Assembly: GCA_050084985.1 (NCBI GenBank)
Contig: JBITNC010000001.1
Span: 199,392,001-199,456,000 of the forward strand
Length of the DNA stretch: 64,000 bases
DNA from: Nageia nagi
Lineage: Eukaryota; Plantae; Pinophyta
Direction: 5' to 3'
The notes below the pieces were generated by a model that saw nothing but the letters and a program-made list of their open reading frames with translations, was not told the origin of the DNA and ran no database searches. The stretch's first letter is position 1. The number at the start of each line of letters is the position of its first letter. A program made the translations under genes and the position numbers. Shown here piece after piece: positions 14,801 to 29,102 of the stretch.

Positions 14801-15780
14801 CATATACCTAGGTTTCCACCCAAAATCATCATAAAAAGTATGTTCTTATCCACAACATTTTGGGTATTATTAAAAATATTGGTTGCTCAAAAGGGAATGA
14901 TCAGGATTCAAAATTGCTATGGTTTCAAAAGAGGGAAAAGTTCCCTTTTTATAATTTTTTATCTCTAATTGATCTAATGGTTAGGGTTGAAAAACTAATT
15001 GCTCAATTGATTGGGTAATCAACAAGTCAATCAAGACTAGTTGTAATTTTGACCATGTTGTTATATTTTGGTCAATGTCCATGCTATTGTTCAAGTTGAC
15101 ATGTATTCTCAAGATATGCATTTTAAAGGTGTATATAGATTCTTCTAGGTTATTATAGTTATATATTATAGTAGCAATATGTTATAGCCCTTATGAGGTT
15201 GCAACTCCATTTTGAGTCATTACTAAAATAAGTGAGCATATTTCATAGTGGGTTTTACCCCACATTAGGGTATTACCACTATAAATATTTATATCCCATT
15301 TTGTTTGAATATTTTACAAATAGTTCTATTTGTTTTTAGGAATTAGTAGTAATTACATTGAGATTCAATATATTATTCAATTCTAAAATTTATAATTATG
15401 AGAATAGTCATAGTTTGGATATTAATTACATCACAATGTGATTGAATATGATCCTTATAGATCATGTTTCAAACCTAAGGTATGTGGTTCCAAAGATCAA
15501 GAGGGAGTACAAGAAACAAATAATTGGGAAATCCATGAGTTCTCTTCCTTTTCATGTTGTACAGATTATTCCATTTATTTCTTCTAAAATTTTTTTGTTT
15601 TGATTTCCCTCTTAGTAGATGCAATTATTACCTACTATCCTTCAACCTCTCATATAGATACTTATCATAATAGATCTTATATTGGGGTATTAAGTAATAA
15701 AATGAGGGTTCCCATCCCATGAATTCATCCAAAAGTTAACTTTAGATCTATTATTTAAAATCCAAAAATATTTGGTTTTA
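8180..15780. mobile_element. Unresolved, highly decayed nested repeats (probable LTR-retrotransposon remnants)
   Basis: No recognisable coding motifs; CG/CHG-depleted; LTR-like TG...CA segments and degenerate ~60-bp repeats at ~9500-9960. Boundaries not resolved. Confidence 0.35.
8860..8887. repeat. (TA)n microsatellite
   Basis: Direct reading. Confidence 0.95.
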
Positions 15781-15839
15781 TTCAACTTCTCTCCCTAATT
15801 TAAAATCATAAAAATGGGTAAATCCCAAGGAATAAAGGC

Positions 15840-15887
15840 TATATATATATGTATGTATGTATGTATGTATATGTATATGTATATATA
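15840..15887. repeat. (TA)n/(TATG)n compound microsatellite
   Basis: Direct reading. Confidence 0.9.
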
Positions 15888-16722
15888 TTCTAATAGTCTT
15901 TCTATTGCATATTCGTAACTCATAATATGTAATGAAAGCATAGAATAATTTATTAACCAACATAAATAAATTTTAGCAACTAAAGCATAGTTATTAATAG
16001 TTGATATCATTTATCATAAAACACCCACCATTTTGGAAATAAAAACCTTGTCTCAACCTTTTAAATCCTATTTACTATCCATAATATGTCCATGCTATAA
16101 AATGGATTGACAAAATTGATATAAATCATGAAGGACTAATCCAAGGAAACTAATAAGAAATATGACAATAACAAAAATGGATTATAGTGCTTCCTTTACC
16201 AATGTAAGTCTTCCCCTTAAGGAGAGATATCTATTATTCCATTGCTTCAATTAGTTATTTATTTTTCCATAAATAATTATCAACCTTTTTTAATAATTAT
16301 ATTCAATAGTGGGATCCCCAAAGTTGAATAATGATTTCTATTTTCTCTAATATGTAATTAATAAATAATATTTTAATGGAAGAGTGGGAATATTAGTGTA
16401 TTATCCCACAAGAATAATATTATTATATACATATATGTTTTTTCTAACTTTCCCTTTTAGTTATCCATATCCTCCCCCTTCATCATAAATCATATCCCTT
16501 GAAATCATGATCTTGTTATTATTTGGATTGTAAAGCCTAAAGGATTTATTACTTTCAAAGTATACATTTAAGATGTAAGGTTCACTCTTTAAATTATTTT
16601 CTTCCTTTTTTGGTAACTAATATGAACATAGGCCAAACAATAACAAAAATTAATGTGAATGATATTTTTTTCTATATCATGCTTGATGAAGAGTCAACTT
16701 GTTAAGAGTACTTGTTAGATTA

Positions 16723-17470
16723 TGTAGATGATAAAATGAAACCCTAATTATGGTTAATGGTATTGCTAATATATATCTACTTATTATGGATATAATATGG
16801 ATCATATTTCCTATCATAACAAACAAATAAGATATGCAATATGATCATAACTTGGAATGATAAATGATTAAATGAATGACTTTAACCTATGAGATAAAGG
16901 ATTATATAAGTGTACTTGTTACTTACCTGGTCAATGAATATATTCATATTGAATCTTTCTTAATATGGGATCTTATATCCTTGATTTCAAAGTGATATGG
17001 TGCATGTAACCTAACATTGGAATTTCTAGTAGCCAAGGTGCTAGGGCTCCTAAGGATGTAGGTATCAAGGTTTGGAGTCAATATCAATCAAGACTCTTCT
17101 AGGAATATTGTGAAGTATGGATAACAAATAGATCTCAAGTATAACAAATCCAATATCAATAGGTGGTGTCTAAATACATTGAAAATTTTATGAGAGATAT
17201 GCACAATCCTATCAAGATAAAATATTATAGTCATCCCATGCATATGTTTCTCTATTTATAGGCGCAATAAGTTACCTAAAAGCACCATTGAATCTAGGGG
17301 TGATGCTCATTTTCCATTGAATAAAATAAATAGAAACATGCATAATACATAGCTTAAGTGGTCCTTTATTGATAATAACATGTAAAATAATACTACATTG
17401 ATCATAAGGTCCTAAGGTTCATATGAAAACTAGTTTGGTCCCAAAAAGTATGTCAAATTAGGTGTCAAAA
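16723..17470 (-). repeat. 3' LTR of Tat/Ogre-like element
   Basis: Colinear with 24941-25694 (e.g. ATAACTTGGAATGATAAATGAT, CCTAAGGATGTAGGT, CATATGAAAACTAGTTTG). Confidence 0.9.
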
Positions 17471-17817
17471 TTACCCCATTTGCAAATTTTAATGAAATAA
17501 AATAAAATTAATATTGTAAAATAAATAGAGAATAAAAATAATACTTCCTTTAATCTAGTACATATTTGAATTGGTAATTTATTTGGTGATGTATTATGCC
17601 CCCTCTTTGCATTGATTATCATGGAAGTGGTGAACATTAAGAATCAAATGCAAAGAACCTATGAGAAAATAAATATACCTTCAAAAGATCATAATAGAAA
17701 TATATATATATTATAGAAAAAACATATTGAGAAGAAAACATAAAATGAATATAATATCATAGGATATTTCATTATCCACATATTTTGCATTGATAAAAAA
17801 TATCATTAATGAAAGAA

Positions 17818-17824
<7 letters not shown>

Positions 17825-17881
<57 letters not shown>
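17825..17881. repeat. (TA)n microsatellite
   Basis: Direct reading. Confidence 0.95.
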
Positions 17882-17884
<3 letters not shown>

Positions 17885-18077
17885 ATCATAACAACAAAGA
17901 TTGTAATAGTTATAACTCATATTAAAATGGGAAATATTGGGCCCAACATATGAATATAAGGACATCATAAGAATGAATCAACAATTCTCAAATAGTAATG
18001 GTGATGATTAATTGGAACCCAAAAAACAAATATGATCATAAGTGATACTTTATGCAACTAAAAGTAACAAAATGAAT

Positions 18078-18540
18078 CCTCACTATGAACTTATCATTAC
18101 GAGTACCCTTTCCCTAGGTACCATAAAGGGTCATAAATACTTCACTATGAAATTTACTATTATGAGTACCCTTTACCCTAGATACCATGGGGAATTCATG
18201 TGATCATGAGAATATATTGAATTATATTAGCATGAGAAAAAGAACATAAAAACTTCACAATAAAGTTATCATTATGGGTATCCTTTGCTCTAGATACCAT
18301 GGGGAAATCATGTGAGCATGATAATTTTGAAATCATGTTAACATGATAAAAATATAATAAAATTATGTTTAACTATACCCCCTAACTAGTAAAGGATATG
18401 ATCATAAAATGCTTTTGAATTTTGAAATCATATGAGCATGAGAACATGTGAACATAGTGTATTTTGAAATCATGTGATCATAAGAATATGTGATCCTAAG
18501 AACTTGTAAAATATATAATATCATGTGAATATGAGAATTT
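18078..18540. repeat. Tandem repeats in 3' UTR of Tat/Ogre-like element
   Basis: Three copies of CTTCACTATGAA...GAGTACCCTTT.CCCTAG.TACCAT (18078, 18140, 18253), plus repeated GAAATCATGTGA(G/T)CATGAGAA. Confidence 0.7.
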
Positions 18541-19414
18541 TAATAATTATTTAAATCATAGAAACTTATATGAGAATGAAAAGATAAAATCAGAGAATTC
18601 CCTTTGAGGTTCATGAGGACATTCTCCTAGGTCTTTTCTTATGTAAATATGCCTTTAAATAATTCTTTCCCCTAGCACTAGCATTGAGATACATTTGCAA
18701 CCTTAGGATACTTTTTTGATCTACCATTATCCTCTAATTGTCAAATCATAAAATTGTGACCTTTCATATGATTGAGCATGGGAATTCTAAAATATTTCAT
18801 ACCGTGCACCTTTACCTAATAATGCTAGCATTATTGGTAGTGTTATCACTTTTGAGGCTTTATCACTTGATTAAAATTCTATGTTTAGTGTCTTGTTATA
18901 ATTTTGGAGATATCATGCTACTAATCTTTGATGAAATGACATTACATTATATCTAAAATATATGGTTATCTTGATAAATATGTCCTATTTTGGTTTAAAA
19001 TAGGTTGGATTTGGTTTCATTTGGAATTTTAATTCTTGGATACCATGGTTTGAGATATATGAGTTTATTTAATATAGAAGATTTGTTTGAGAGGTTTCTT
19101 GAGTGTTCATTAGATATATTCCATGTATTTTCTTGATTAGGAGGCATGGATGGCAAGAGTACTTAGTAATATGGTCATCAAGCCTATGTATTATGATTGA
19201 ATTCATATTCATCTCATATGTTAAGATTTTTAGGCCCTAATATTGTTTATCATAGCTTATTTCCTAGTGAAACTCAAGTTTGTGTAAAAAAATTCCTTTT
19301 GGATGATATATGTATATGCTAATTTTATTAAAAACCCTAGGTCATTTTTATTTCTATTCTTAAATTCCTTTATTTTGTATAAATTTATTTTCCACCATGC
19401 ATTTTGTGTAGAAA

Positions 19415-21600
19415 ATGGACCATGAGTTTCATCACCTTGTTCTCAAGGATGATCAATACTAGCAATGGGACACATACTTCCCAATGCTAATGCTAGAAGC
19501 ATAACAAGTGCATCTTCTTATATGTGTAGAAATGATCAAATATCACTTTTATTTATACAAGTAATATTACAAAATAAAATTTTTGAATATAAAAATGTGC
19601 ATACTTACCTATTTATATTTTATATTGGAAATCTTGATCTCATATTGTTACTCTAGAATCATATATCAAGAGATAGGAAACCATTAGGACCCAGTTTGAG
19701 TAATTGAGATTGGATGACCTTGGGTTACTTAAAAGTGTAGGAGTTGGATATATTCTTGAGGCACCATATGTACAAATAGATAATAATATGGTGAAAACTT
19801 TGTTTGGGTAGTAATCTAAGAGGAAAAATACATTTCACCTTCCTACAAGTGAGACCATAGTGATATTAGAGGATATACATCATATTTTGAGGGTTCATGT
19901 GAAGGGGACCTTGGTACATATGAGGGGTAATATTACAATTATTAGCATTGAAAATAATGATAAGTGGTTCATAGGTTTTGAATGATTATCATATAAATAA
20001 GGAGGGATCTTTTCTTCATAAAGAAATCCAATGGAGGTATTTAAAGAAAATATACTTGAGGTTGATTACAATTGCATGCATTGATAGTATTATTTATCCT
20101 GATAAGAACCATGAAGTGTTCCTTTATGTTATGATCCATATGGTGAAGAAGATGGTTAAGAGGCATAAATATGCTTGGTCCCCTTGTATACTTTCTTAGA
20201 TCTATCATGGTTTATAACACTTCATTTCTATGATGAATAATGATAGGAGAGTGGCTCATATATATATTATTTAGTGTTGGGTATATGATCATATAGTAGT
20301 ATTCCATCCATTTGAGTTTCCTATAGATGTGATGGATGATGATATTCCCAATTGGTATTAATGGGATATCTAGTGGAGAGTATCATATGTATATACTACC
20401 ATGAATTTTAATAACTAAAGGTTATTTACTAGTTGGTTCTAGGTGAGGTGTTGTATAGTCTATATTGGTAATTGGAATGGGATGATAGTTCTTATGAGAT
20501 TAGTTAGGAATGGACTCATTATTATTCTAAATAATGAAGCAATTCATTGATCCATATAGGTCAAACCATGTGATAATACAATTTTCTCATGGTAAGGCAT
20601 TCCTCCTACTTGTTATCCTATGGTTTGAGTGTGTGTGAGATGTGTATTGAACCTTTATGATTTTGAAGTAGTACAATGTTGGACCATGAATTGGTCCCTT
20701 GTATAAGATGATGGTTTAGTAGATAATTATTATGAGGACATGATAATGGAGAATACAAATGTATATATTGAATGGTGGTAAGCACATCAACCACTTCCAC
20801 TTAGTTTGTATGCAAATAAGGGTATTGAGGGAGATGTCAAGAGAGAGGATGAGGAAGAATATGATAAGGGTATCATGGATAGTGGGGAATATGAGGATAT
20901 GGGTATGGAGAATGAGAAGGATGATGGTCATGAGGATTCCCCTAGTGTGAAGCCTATAGGTATCTCAATGGAGGATGAATAGGGTGTGAAGATCTTGGCA
21001 AGTATCACATTCACTACTCCTAATAGGCATGATGATGATCTTTGTAAGTACCTTCCTACAAAATGTTATCTTTTTCAAAACATATACATGCATTTTATTT
21101 CTTATAACTAACATTTATGATCTTTTTGTATTTTTTTGTAGCTAAGTTGAAAGAAAAAGTGGACTTGTATGAAGAACTAATTGAAAACAAGAAGGATTTG
21201 AGTGCACATAAAGAATAATTGGACAAGTTAAAAGAAATCATGAGAAGTAGAGATGAAGCAATTAAGGCCAAAAATAAGGAACTTGTAGCAAAGGGTGAGG
21301 AGTTGATCAATGTAAAAGAATAACTTGAAGTGCAAAACAAGGTCACTCATAAAATTATAAATATATTATATGAAATTTAAAAGAATAACATGGTTGGTGT
21401 ACTTCATGGGGTACAAAAATATGAATTAGAGAATCAAATATTGTTTCTATGCAATCAATATCTAGAGAACTAAATATATGTACTTAAGTAAGAAATAGGC
21501 GCAAAATACCCAAGCATGTTTATATCTAGGTCTAGGTACACCACAGGAAAGAGGAAGGTGCATAGTGAGAAGAGTGTTTATGGTGATGACAAGAGCAACT
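19415..21600 (+). pseudogene. Plant Mobile Domain (PF10536, MAIN/MAIL-like) protein with acidic and coiled-coil C-terminus; spliced, antisense to host retroelement
   Basis: NTFHLPTSETIVILEDIHHILRVHVKG (19827-19907), KYAWSPCILS*IYHGL (~20167-20215) and *CWVYDHI (~20272-20295) match PMD motifs TFHLPxGEMTITLEDV, YSWGSAVLAxLY and LQxWAWE. Putative GT-AG introns 19561-19656 and 21044-21141. Coiled coil KLKEKVDLYEELIE...ELINVKE follows. Confidence 0.8.
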
Positions 21601-22199
21601 AGATATATGCATTTTGTAACTTTTAGAGCCATAATGATATACATGATACTTTGATGTTTTATGGACTTGAAAATTGCTTTATGTGCATGTTTATATTTTT
21701 CAATATATGCATATGTTTTCAATATTTTTATGTAATTTTTGCTATTTTTGTATTAAACAAATGTATAATTTATATTAAAAAAAAAAAAGATGCATGCACC
21801 CCAACATGACAATATGAAGATGAATCTAAAGGCATGGACTAAGACACACAATGCACCCTTTTGTATAAATTAAATGCAAAATGAAATTTATATGATAATT
21901 TATAGATTTTTGTGTATGAACATTTATTTTTGAATGAAATGAATAAAAACATTTGATATGTTCAATGATGTAGAATCACCCTTAGCAATTTTTAGATGAG
22001 AAAATCCCAAATGACTAGTGTTAGCACTATTGGAAGTATTGATGCTAGGATGCATATACTACAAACACTAATTTTTTATTTTTTATTTATTTCAAACATA
22101 AAACTAAAAAATAACAAAATAAAATAATCCAAATAAAATTTATAAGTATAATATCTATAAGGAATTGTACCTATTTTGTGTGTTCTTTGAAATCCTTCC

Positions 22200-23200
22200 A
22201 TGAAATGGATTGACCTATTAAGAGATTTTACTTTAACAAACTAAGAAAAATAATTATTGTAGATCCCCAAATTCATGTTGTGATCATGTTAAGGTCCATA
22301 AATATTTTCTTTTGATTCCTTTGGAGGAGGAAATGAGATCTTACCAATATCCAACAAGTATTGGATCTTATTATTTAATTGTAGGTAATGCTTGGTTAGA
22401 TGACCTCTTTATCTGTGATAGTTGTAGAGATTCTCATATCAAATATTAGGAACGAAATTTGGATCTTTTATTGGAGGAATGGGTAAAAAAAAAGCTTATT
22501 CTTGACTAGGAGATTCAATACTTCATCAATTTCATCATAGATAGTAGTGAATGTTCTTGCTTCTTTCTCATGTTGTTTACTTAATGGTTTTGTTTACATT
22601 TGTCATAATGAAAGGATTGGATTGATGTTATTCATTCCATATCTTAAGTGGATGCTTAGTTTTATTTTCACTTTGAAATTATCCACAAATTATTATAAAC
22701 CTTTCTTTTTCTATAACATTATGAATAAAAGTGTGTAATTATAACTTGTAATAATCAAAACATAGTACCTTGTATTTTTGTTATAAAATATTAGATGAAT
22801 ATTTCAAGCCTATGCTAATCATAAATGATAATCTTGTTAGTTATGTTCTTTCAATACTTAATTAAATTTTCAATTATTTATCCTTCTCTTTACTTGAGTT
22901 GAATCAGCTTAGAAAATGGAGTATCCTTGGGAATATATATCTTGAAAGCTTTAATGAATAACTTTTGAGTTGTGGGATATTTTTGTTAGGAATATTATTG
23001 AACCATTTAATAATGTTTTCCTTTAGTGTGAGAGGAAATAAATTATCATGTAAATCCTTATCCAAAGTGATAACTAAAATTGCATCTTCATAAATAGGGA
23101 TATGCAAGCTTGGACCTTCATGGCCTTCATATTTGGTAAACTTCAAACTTTTCTGTGTATCTACTACAATTGCTCTTATTTTGTGATAAAATGGATTTCT
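22200..23200 (-). pseudogene. Tat/Ogre-type gag remnant with decayed zinc knuckle
   Basis: KFTKYEGHEGPSLHI..LFPLTLKENIIKWF (ORF 22904-23146); YNYHR..GHLTKH.LQL.NKIQYLLDIGKI (~22335-22430). Confidence 0.75.
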
Positions 23201-24940
23201 ATGTTCTCCTTTTTGAAGTATATTATTTTTTAAATCTATATATTCATTAAATTACTAGACAATTGCATTCATTTGTGAATTGGGAACATGTTAATTTTTT
23301 GGAACAACTTCATGCTATTGCACATCCCTTTCTAGAGTATATATATTTGGAAATATCCTTCCTTAATATTTTTATCTTTTACTATCTTATATATGATAAT
23401 TGTAAAAAATAATCTAAATCCATAAGTGATAACTTTATAAATTCTTTATTATCATGTCTACTAAGTATGGAAGTCTTGAGATCATTTTCTTCTTTTGATC
23501 ATTCGAGGAATGGTTTCAATGCTATATTAATACAATGATGGAAGTATGCTTTCCATTCTTCTTACATGTCTATCTCATAATCACAATCTACCAAAAAATG
23601 TCCCTTATATTTTTTAGATAATATCTTTTTATTTTCATCATGATATTGATGTATATTTCTTGTAAATGATTGAAAATATTGTACCTTTTCATTAAGTGAT
23701 AGTTGGTCATAATAACAACTTGATTAACCACTAAGGAATTTATGCTTGATTTTATTATCTTTATTTATCTAGTGAGGAAATGGTTCCAAATATTGAAAAA
23801 ATATTTTCTTAAGTTATTTATACTTTTCTTCAACTTTGATACCAACATCATCTTGGAAATAAATTTCTTCATTCTCTCCTATACTTAGAACTTCCTGGGC
23901 ATAGATGTAAACCTATTTTTATTGGAGTGAATCACCTAAGGTTAGTGGAGCACTAGTGCTAATGCTCAGAAGCACTTTTTATTCTATTGGTATGGATTCT
24001 ACTTTTGATGAATTTTATTGAGTTACTACCTCAACTATGACCTCATCTTCATTTGGAATCATGATGTTAACATTGCAAGTAATGTCGATTATGGATGCAT
24101 TAAAGTTTAAAGGTTGTATTATTGAATAAGTCTTAATTTCTTACAAGGATATGCTCTTATGAATATTATATGTCAATTTTATAACATTTTAAATGTTGTG
24201 TCTTCAAATCTAATGCATATGTGATTCATTATAGGTCATTCTTTGCTTTATGACTTCTTTATTCTCTTGGGAATTAATAATGTAAGCTCTTTTTGACACT
24301 AATATATTTTTAAGGAATTTGATGATGGTATATTTTTCCTTTTGAACCACATATTTCAATATATCATATTTTTAACTAATAACCTTCAAAATATCTTCTT
24401 GATTTGGTGATGGAGTTTTATCCATCCCTATTTCATTTATTCCATCTAACTTATTATCGCTTTGGGTATCATATTCTACCATTGCAATAGAAGATTTTAC
24501 AATGCTTGTATCTTTAATTGAGAAAGAATCCTAAGTATTATTTTATCTCTTATTGTTTTAAAGCCTTCATCTTGGTATTCTTCATCAATTTGAACTCCTT
24601 GATTCATCATTCTCTTGGGAGACTCTTTTGTGGAACTTTTTGCATCTAATATACCTTGATTATTAATCCCTTATGAGGAACTATCAATTTGATTAGGTAT
24701 TTCTTGTTAATTATTAAGTTACAACCTTACACTCTTTCTTTTTAGAGAAACTTTATGTTTCTTCCTCTATTTATAATGTTAATATATTCACCAAATACAT
24801 TTGCAATTTCTTTACCAAAAGCATTGTGAGGAATAAGAATAATAAAAGGAATTTTTCTCAATAATTGTAATATTTTAAAATAATTTTAACAAACCCTAAT
24901 TTGAATATTTGTAAAATTAAAGGATTTGGGTTCACTAATA

Positions 24941-25694
24941 CATAAATGATAAAATGCAACCCTTATTAGTGTAAATAGTGTTACTAATATATATCTACTT
25001 ATATTGTAGACATACTATGGATCCTATTGTCAATGATTCCTAATAGATGATATGTGTAATATGATTATAACTTGGAATGATAAATGATCAAAATAATCCC
25101 TTTAACCTATGATACAATGGATTATATATGTATACCTTTTACTTACCTAATCGATGAATATATTCCCATATGGAATCTTGCTTAATACTAAACCTTAAAT
25201 CCTTGACTTCATATTAATATGACATATGTAACCTAACGTTGGTGTTGTTGGTAGTGTTTATGCTAGGGTTCCTAAGGATGTAGGTCTCAATATCTATATT
25301 TAATGTCACTCAAGCCTCTTTCAATGATACTATGAAGTATGGATAACAAATAGTTCTTGATTATAAAAGATCCAATATCGATAGATGGTGTCTAAAGACA
25401 CTGACAAGTTTGTGAGAGATATGCACATTCCTATTGAGATGAAATATCATATTCATTCCATGCATATATTTCTCTATTTATAGACATAATAAGTTACCTA
25501 AAAGTACCATTTCATCCCTAACACTAATGCTCATGATCCCTTATGAAAAATAAAGAGAAACATGCTTACGATATAACATAAGTAGTCCTTTATTGATAAT
25601 AACATGTAACATAACACTACATTGATCATAACATCCTAAAATCATATGAAAACTAGTTTGATCCCAAAAAGTGTACCAAAATTAGGTGTTAACA
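24941..25694 (-). repeat. 5' LTR of Tat/Ogre-like element
   Basis: Colinear with 16723-17470. Confidence 0.9.
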
Positions 25695-28642
25695 TATTCC
25701 TATTAATAATATATGCTATCATAGTATTTACACAAACTTAATAAGAATTTTTATCTCCTTAGTTTCAAGCATGCTCTTTACCTTTTCAACAATAATATGC
25801 TTCTTCCTCTCAACCATCCAATTTGGTTGAGGTGTATAGGAAGTTATAATCTACATCTTGATGCTATATTTATCATAAAAATACTTTAATTAAATAGAAT
25901 AATACTATCCACCATGGTTACTTCTTAAATACTTGATCTTATAACCACTTCCATTCTCTATATAATATTTGAAAGTCTTAAAAATACTTATAACATCATC
26001 CTTCTTATTCAAAAAATAAAACCAACATTTTAAAGAAAATTTATTAATAAAAGTTATGTCTAAGATAATTTACTAAAAATTTCAATTTGTATAGGAACAC
26101 AACTATCAGAATGAACAAGTTGGAGTCAATATGAAGCTCTCCATACCCTACCACTTGAAACCTTTTCTCTAATATGCTTGCCTTTTCTACACCCTTCATA
26201 AACTCATTTTGCTCCTCAAATTTAAGTGAGCCAAAAACCAACTTCTTGGTAGTCAACTATTTTAATCATTGAATATTTAAATGGCCATACCTCAAATGTG
26301 ATAATAAACTTTTATCTTTAATTGTAACATTAAACAAGTTACTCCCTTTATCTCCAATATTCAAGGGAAACATACAATTCCTTTCCATAGGAACAACTTT
26401 GTTCCCATGATTCTTATTATATATAATACATTGCTTAACATAAAAAATAATTTTATAATTATTTTCACATAGATACCCAACAATCAAAAAATTGTGTTTA
26501 AGAGTGAGAGTGTAATTAATATCATGAATATTTTTATTTCCTTCCTTTCTTTCCACATTTATCACTCCTTTTATTGCTACCTTAAAAGATTTGTTGTTAC
26601 CAAACTTGAACTTGATCTTATACTTATCATCCATGTTAGCAAATAAATAGGTGTTCCCTAGTGTTATCAAAGCAACCTGAATCCAAATATTAAGAAGTTT
26701 CTCAAGATGTTTGTTTAGCAAATTCATATGTTAAAAATAATTTTCTTAAATCTTCTTCATTCTCATTGGAATAATTTTATTTTTTTGTTAATTGGAAACT
26801 TTTACTCTATATATTTTTTTTAAATATCCATACCTTTTATAATGGTAATATTGGATATTTCTTTTATCAATTATTATCTTCCTTTAACAAAAAAAATTCT
26901 TATTCTTCTTCCTCTTGATATGTTTTAATTTTTTCCTCTTTCTTATCCTTGTGATCTTGAACCAACATCATCATTCTTTGAAACTTTCACCTTTGAGGCA
27001 ATACCTTTCTCATCACCTTCACTAAAGATGTATTTCAGTATATTTCATGTGACATGAGAGAATCAATGATATAATCAAATTTCAAAATATTCAAATCCTT
27101 TCTTTATTTAATGATAATGGGTAAATAGTTCAACCTAGGTGTTAGAGTTCTCAAAACTTTATTCACAATCATCTTCTTATTTTAACTTTTCTTCTAGAGT
27201 GTCCATTTTATTTACCATATCTTTAACTCTAACATAATATTCATTCATATTTAATAATTCTTGCACTCTCAAAATTCTAAAATATAATATTTGTAACTTA
27301 ACAATATTTATTTGATTATTATATTTATAAAATTTTTTCATATCCTTCCATAAATTCTTAGTTGATTTTGCATGTGCAATTCATGGAAATAAACTTTTAT
27401 CAAGAGTTAAGTGAATGTGGTACAATTCCAAAGAGTTTTTCTTTTTGGTCTAATTTTCTAATCTATCATTTTTATGGTATGGTGTTCCAATGCTCATCAT
27501 AACCAAAATAAACAATATCCCATTGATCTTTATCAGTAAATAAGGTCCTCATTTTGAGGATTCAATAATCATTATATTGTCCATTGAATGGTGAAATAGG
27601 GATAAAGATATTATTGTTAGCCATGATATTGAAATAAATAATAAATAAAGTTTTTCTTTAATTAAATTGCAACAAAACTTGATCAAAGTCTATAAATATC
27701 AATAAGATAACTTCTCTTTATCCCAAAACAAGTCAATATTTTCTACCAAATGCTATATTGTATAACCTCTATGTCAAATTTATTACAAGACTAGAATATT
27801 GGTATTATAGGAAAGAGTACTCAAAATATTAGTGTTTTAGGTATATTCACTTAGAAAGAAATGTTAGTATAGTTTGAAATTATCTATACCTTCATAAAAT
27901 AATAAATTTAAAGCATACTCAATACATATGCATAAGTGTTTTAAAAGACTTATATATTTAGATAGATATATAATTGTTTTATATCCTTTTAAATTCATGG
28001 ATTGTAGGATCTATCAAAATTTGTCCAAAAATATATCAATTAAGTATTTAAATGATTTTTTCTCACACAAATAAGTTGTATAATAAAATCATCAAACTTG
28101 TTTTGGTTATATTGGTTTAAAAATTTATGGATTGAGATATAATTACAAATACCTTTATAGGTTTATCTAATGTATTTATAGAGTGGGAAAGAAAAGAGAA
28201 AATGAGTCTCATCATCTATAGTATTTAGGTTACATAACTTACAAATTATTTTATCCCAAGTTAATTTTAGTATTTTCCATCTAGTAATTTCACTATATAG
28301 TTTGTGTGAATTACATTAGACCAAAAAGGGTTATTTGGGATGGTTTTACACCATCAACTAATATATTTTTTGGCAGCTATCCATCCATCGCCTATGATGT
28401 CGCCACCAAAAGTCCATTATCTATAGTGGCAACTCATAACCACCAGTATATAGTACCCAAAATGGCCACTTAATGTAAAAAAAAGTTGGATATAAACCAC
28501 CTCTTTATTAACTTATGATGATGGCTTAAATCGCCACTCAACCTACCTCATTATTCTTTTAAGTAATGGTTTTAGCTATACTAGATCTATGTCTTTATGC
28601 CAATGTTTATAACTATCACATAGTATTCACATTTTAAAAAAA

Positions 28643-28944
28643 AGTGGTGTATCATGAAATAATTCATCTAAGTTATGCTATCCTCTATTACCCTAGGCAC
28701 TCGAGCCTAATCATAGTGAGCCCAATTATGATGTTGTCCATAGGCTCTTGAAGGATGGCCCAATGGAGCTAACCTATTACTGTTAATAAATATATATATA
28801 TAGTGGTGTAGCATGGAAGAATTCTTCCAAGCTATGCTATCCTCGATTACCCTAGGCACTCAAGCCTAATCATAGTGAGCCCAATTACGATGTTGTCCAT
28901 GGGCTCTTGAAGGATGGCCCAATGGAGCTAACCTATTACTATTA

Positions 28945-28947
<3 letters not shown>
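28643..28947. repeat. Tandem duplication of a ~159-bp unit
   Basis: AGTGGTGT..CATG...GGCTCTTGAAGGATGGCCCAATGGAGCTAACCTATTACT starts at 28643 and 28802; each copy is followed by TA repeats. Confidence 0.9.
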
Positions 28948-29099
<152 letters not shown>

Positions 29100-29102
29100 C
29101 AT

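Larger units (their letters stand above)
16723..25694 (-). mobile_element. Non-autonomous Ty3/gypsy (Tat/Ogre-like) LTR element: gag plus antisense PMD gene, no pol
   Basis: Paired ~750-bp LTRs (16723-17470, 24941-25694); minus-strand start TGTTAACACCTAATTTT. PPT-like (minus CAAATGGGGTAA) at 17471-17482. Decayed PBS-like TAGTGAACCC at ~24928-24937. Degenerate TSD GATTA/TATTC. The flanks rejoin into copia integrase (..LNR|NPT.. type). Confidence 0.85.
16200..27790 (-). mobile_element. Second Ty1/copia remnant (gag-PR-INT, RT apparently deleted), split by the 16723-25694 insertion
   Basis: Minus strand: gag start MANNNIF..F(N)G at ~27624; protease/GAG-pre-integrase with LSHLRYGHLN (26266-26727); integrase YTPQPNW..ERK..SMLE (~25770-25850). 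Coding resumes left of 16722 with LAYVHI..RLYNPNNNKIMISRDMIYDE (~16480-16640). Confidence 0.8.
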
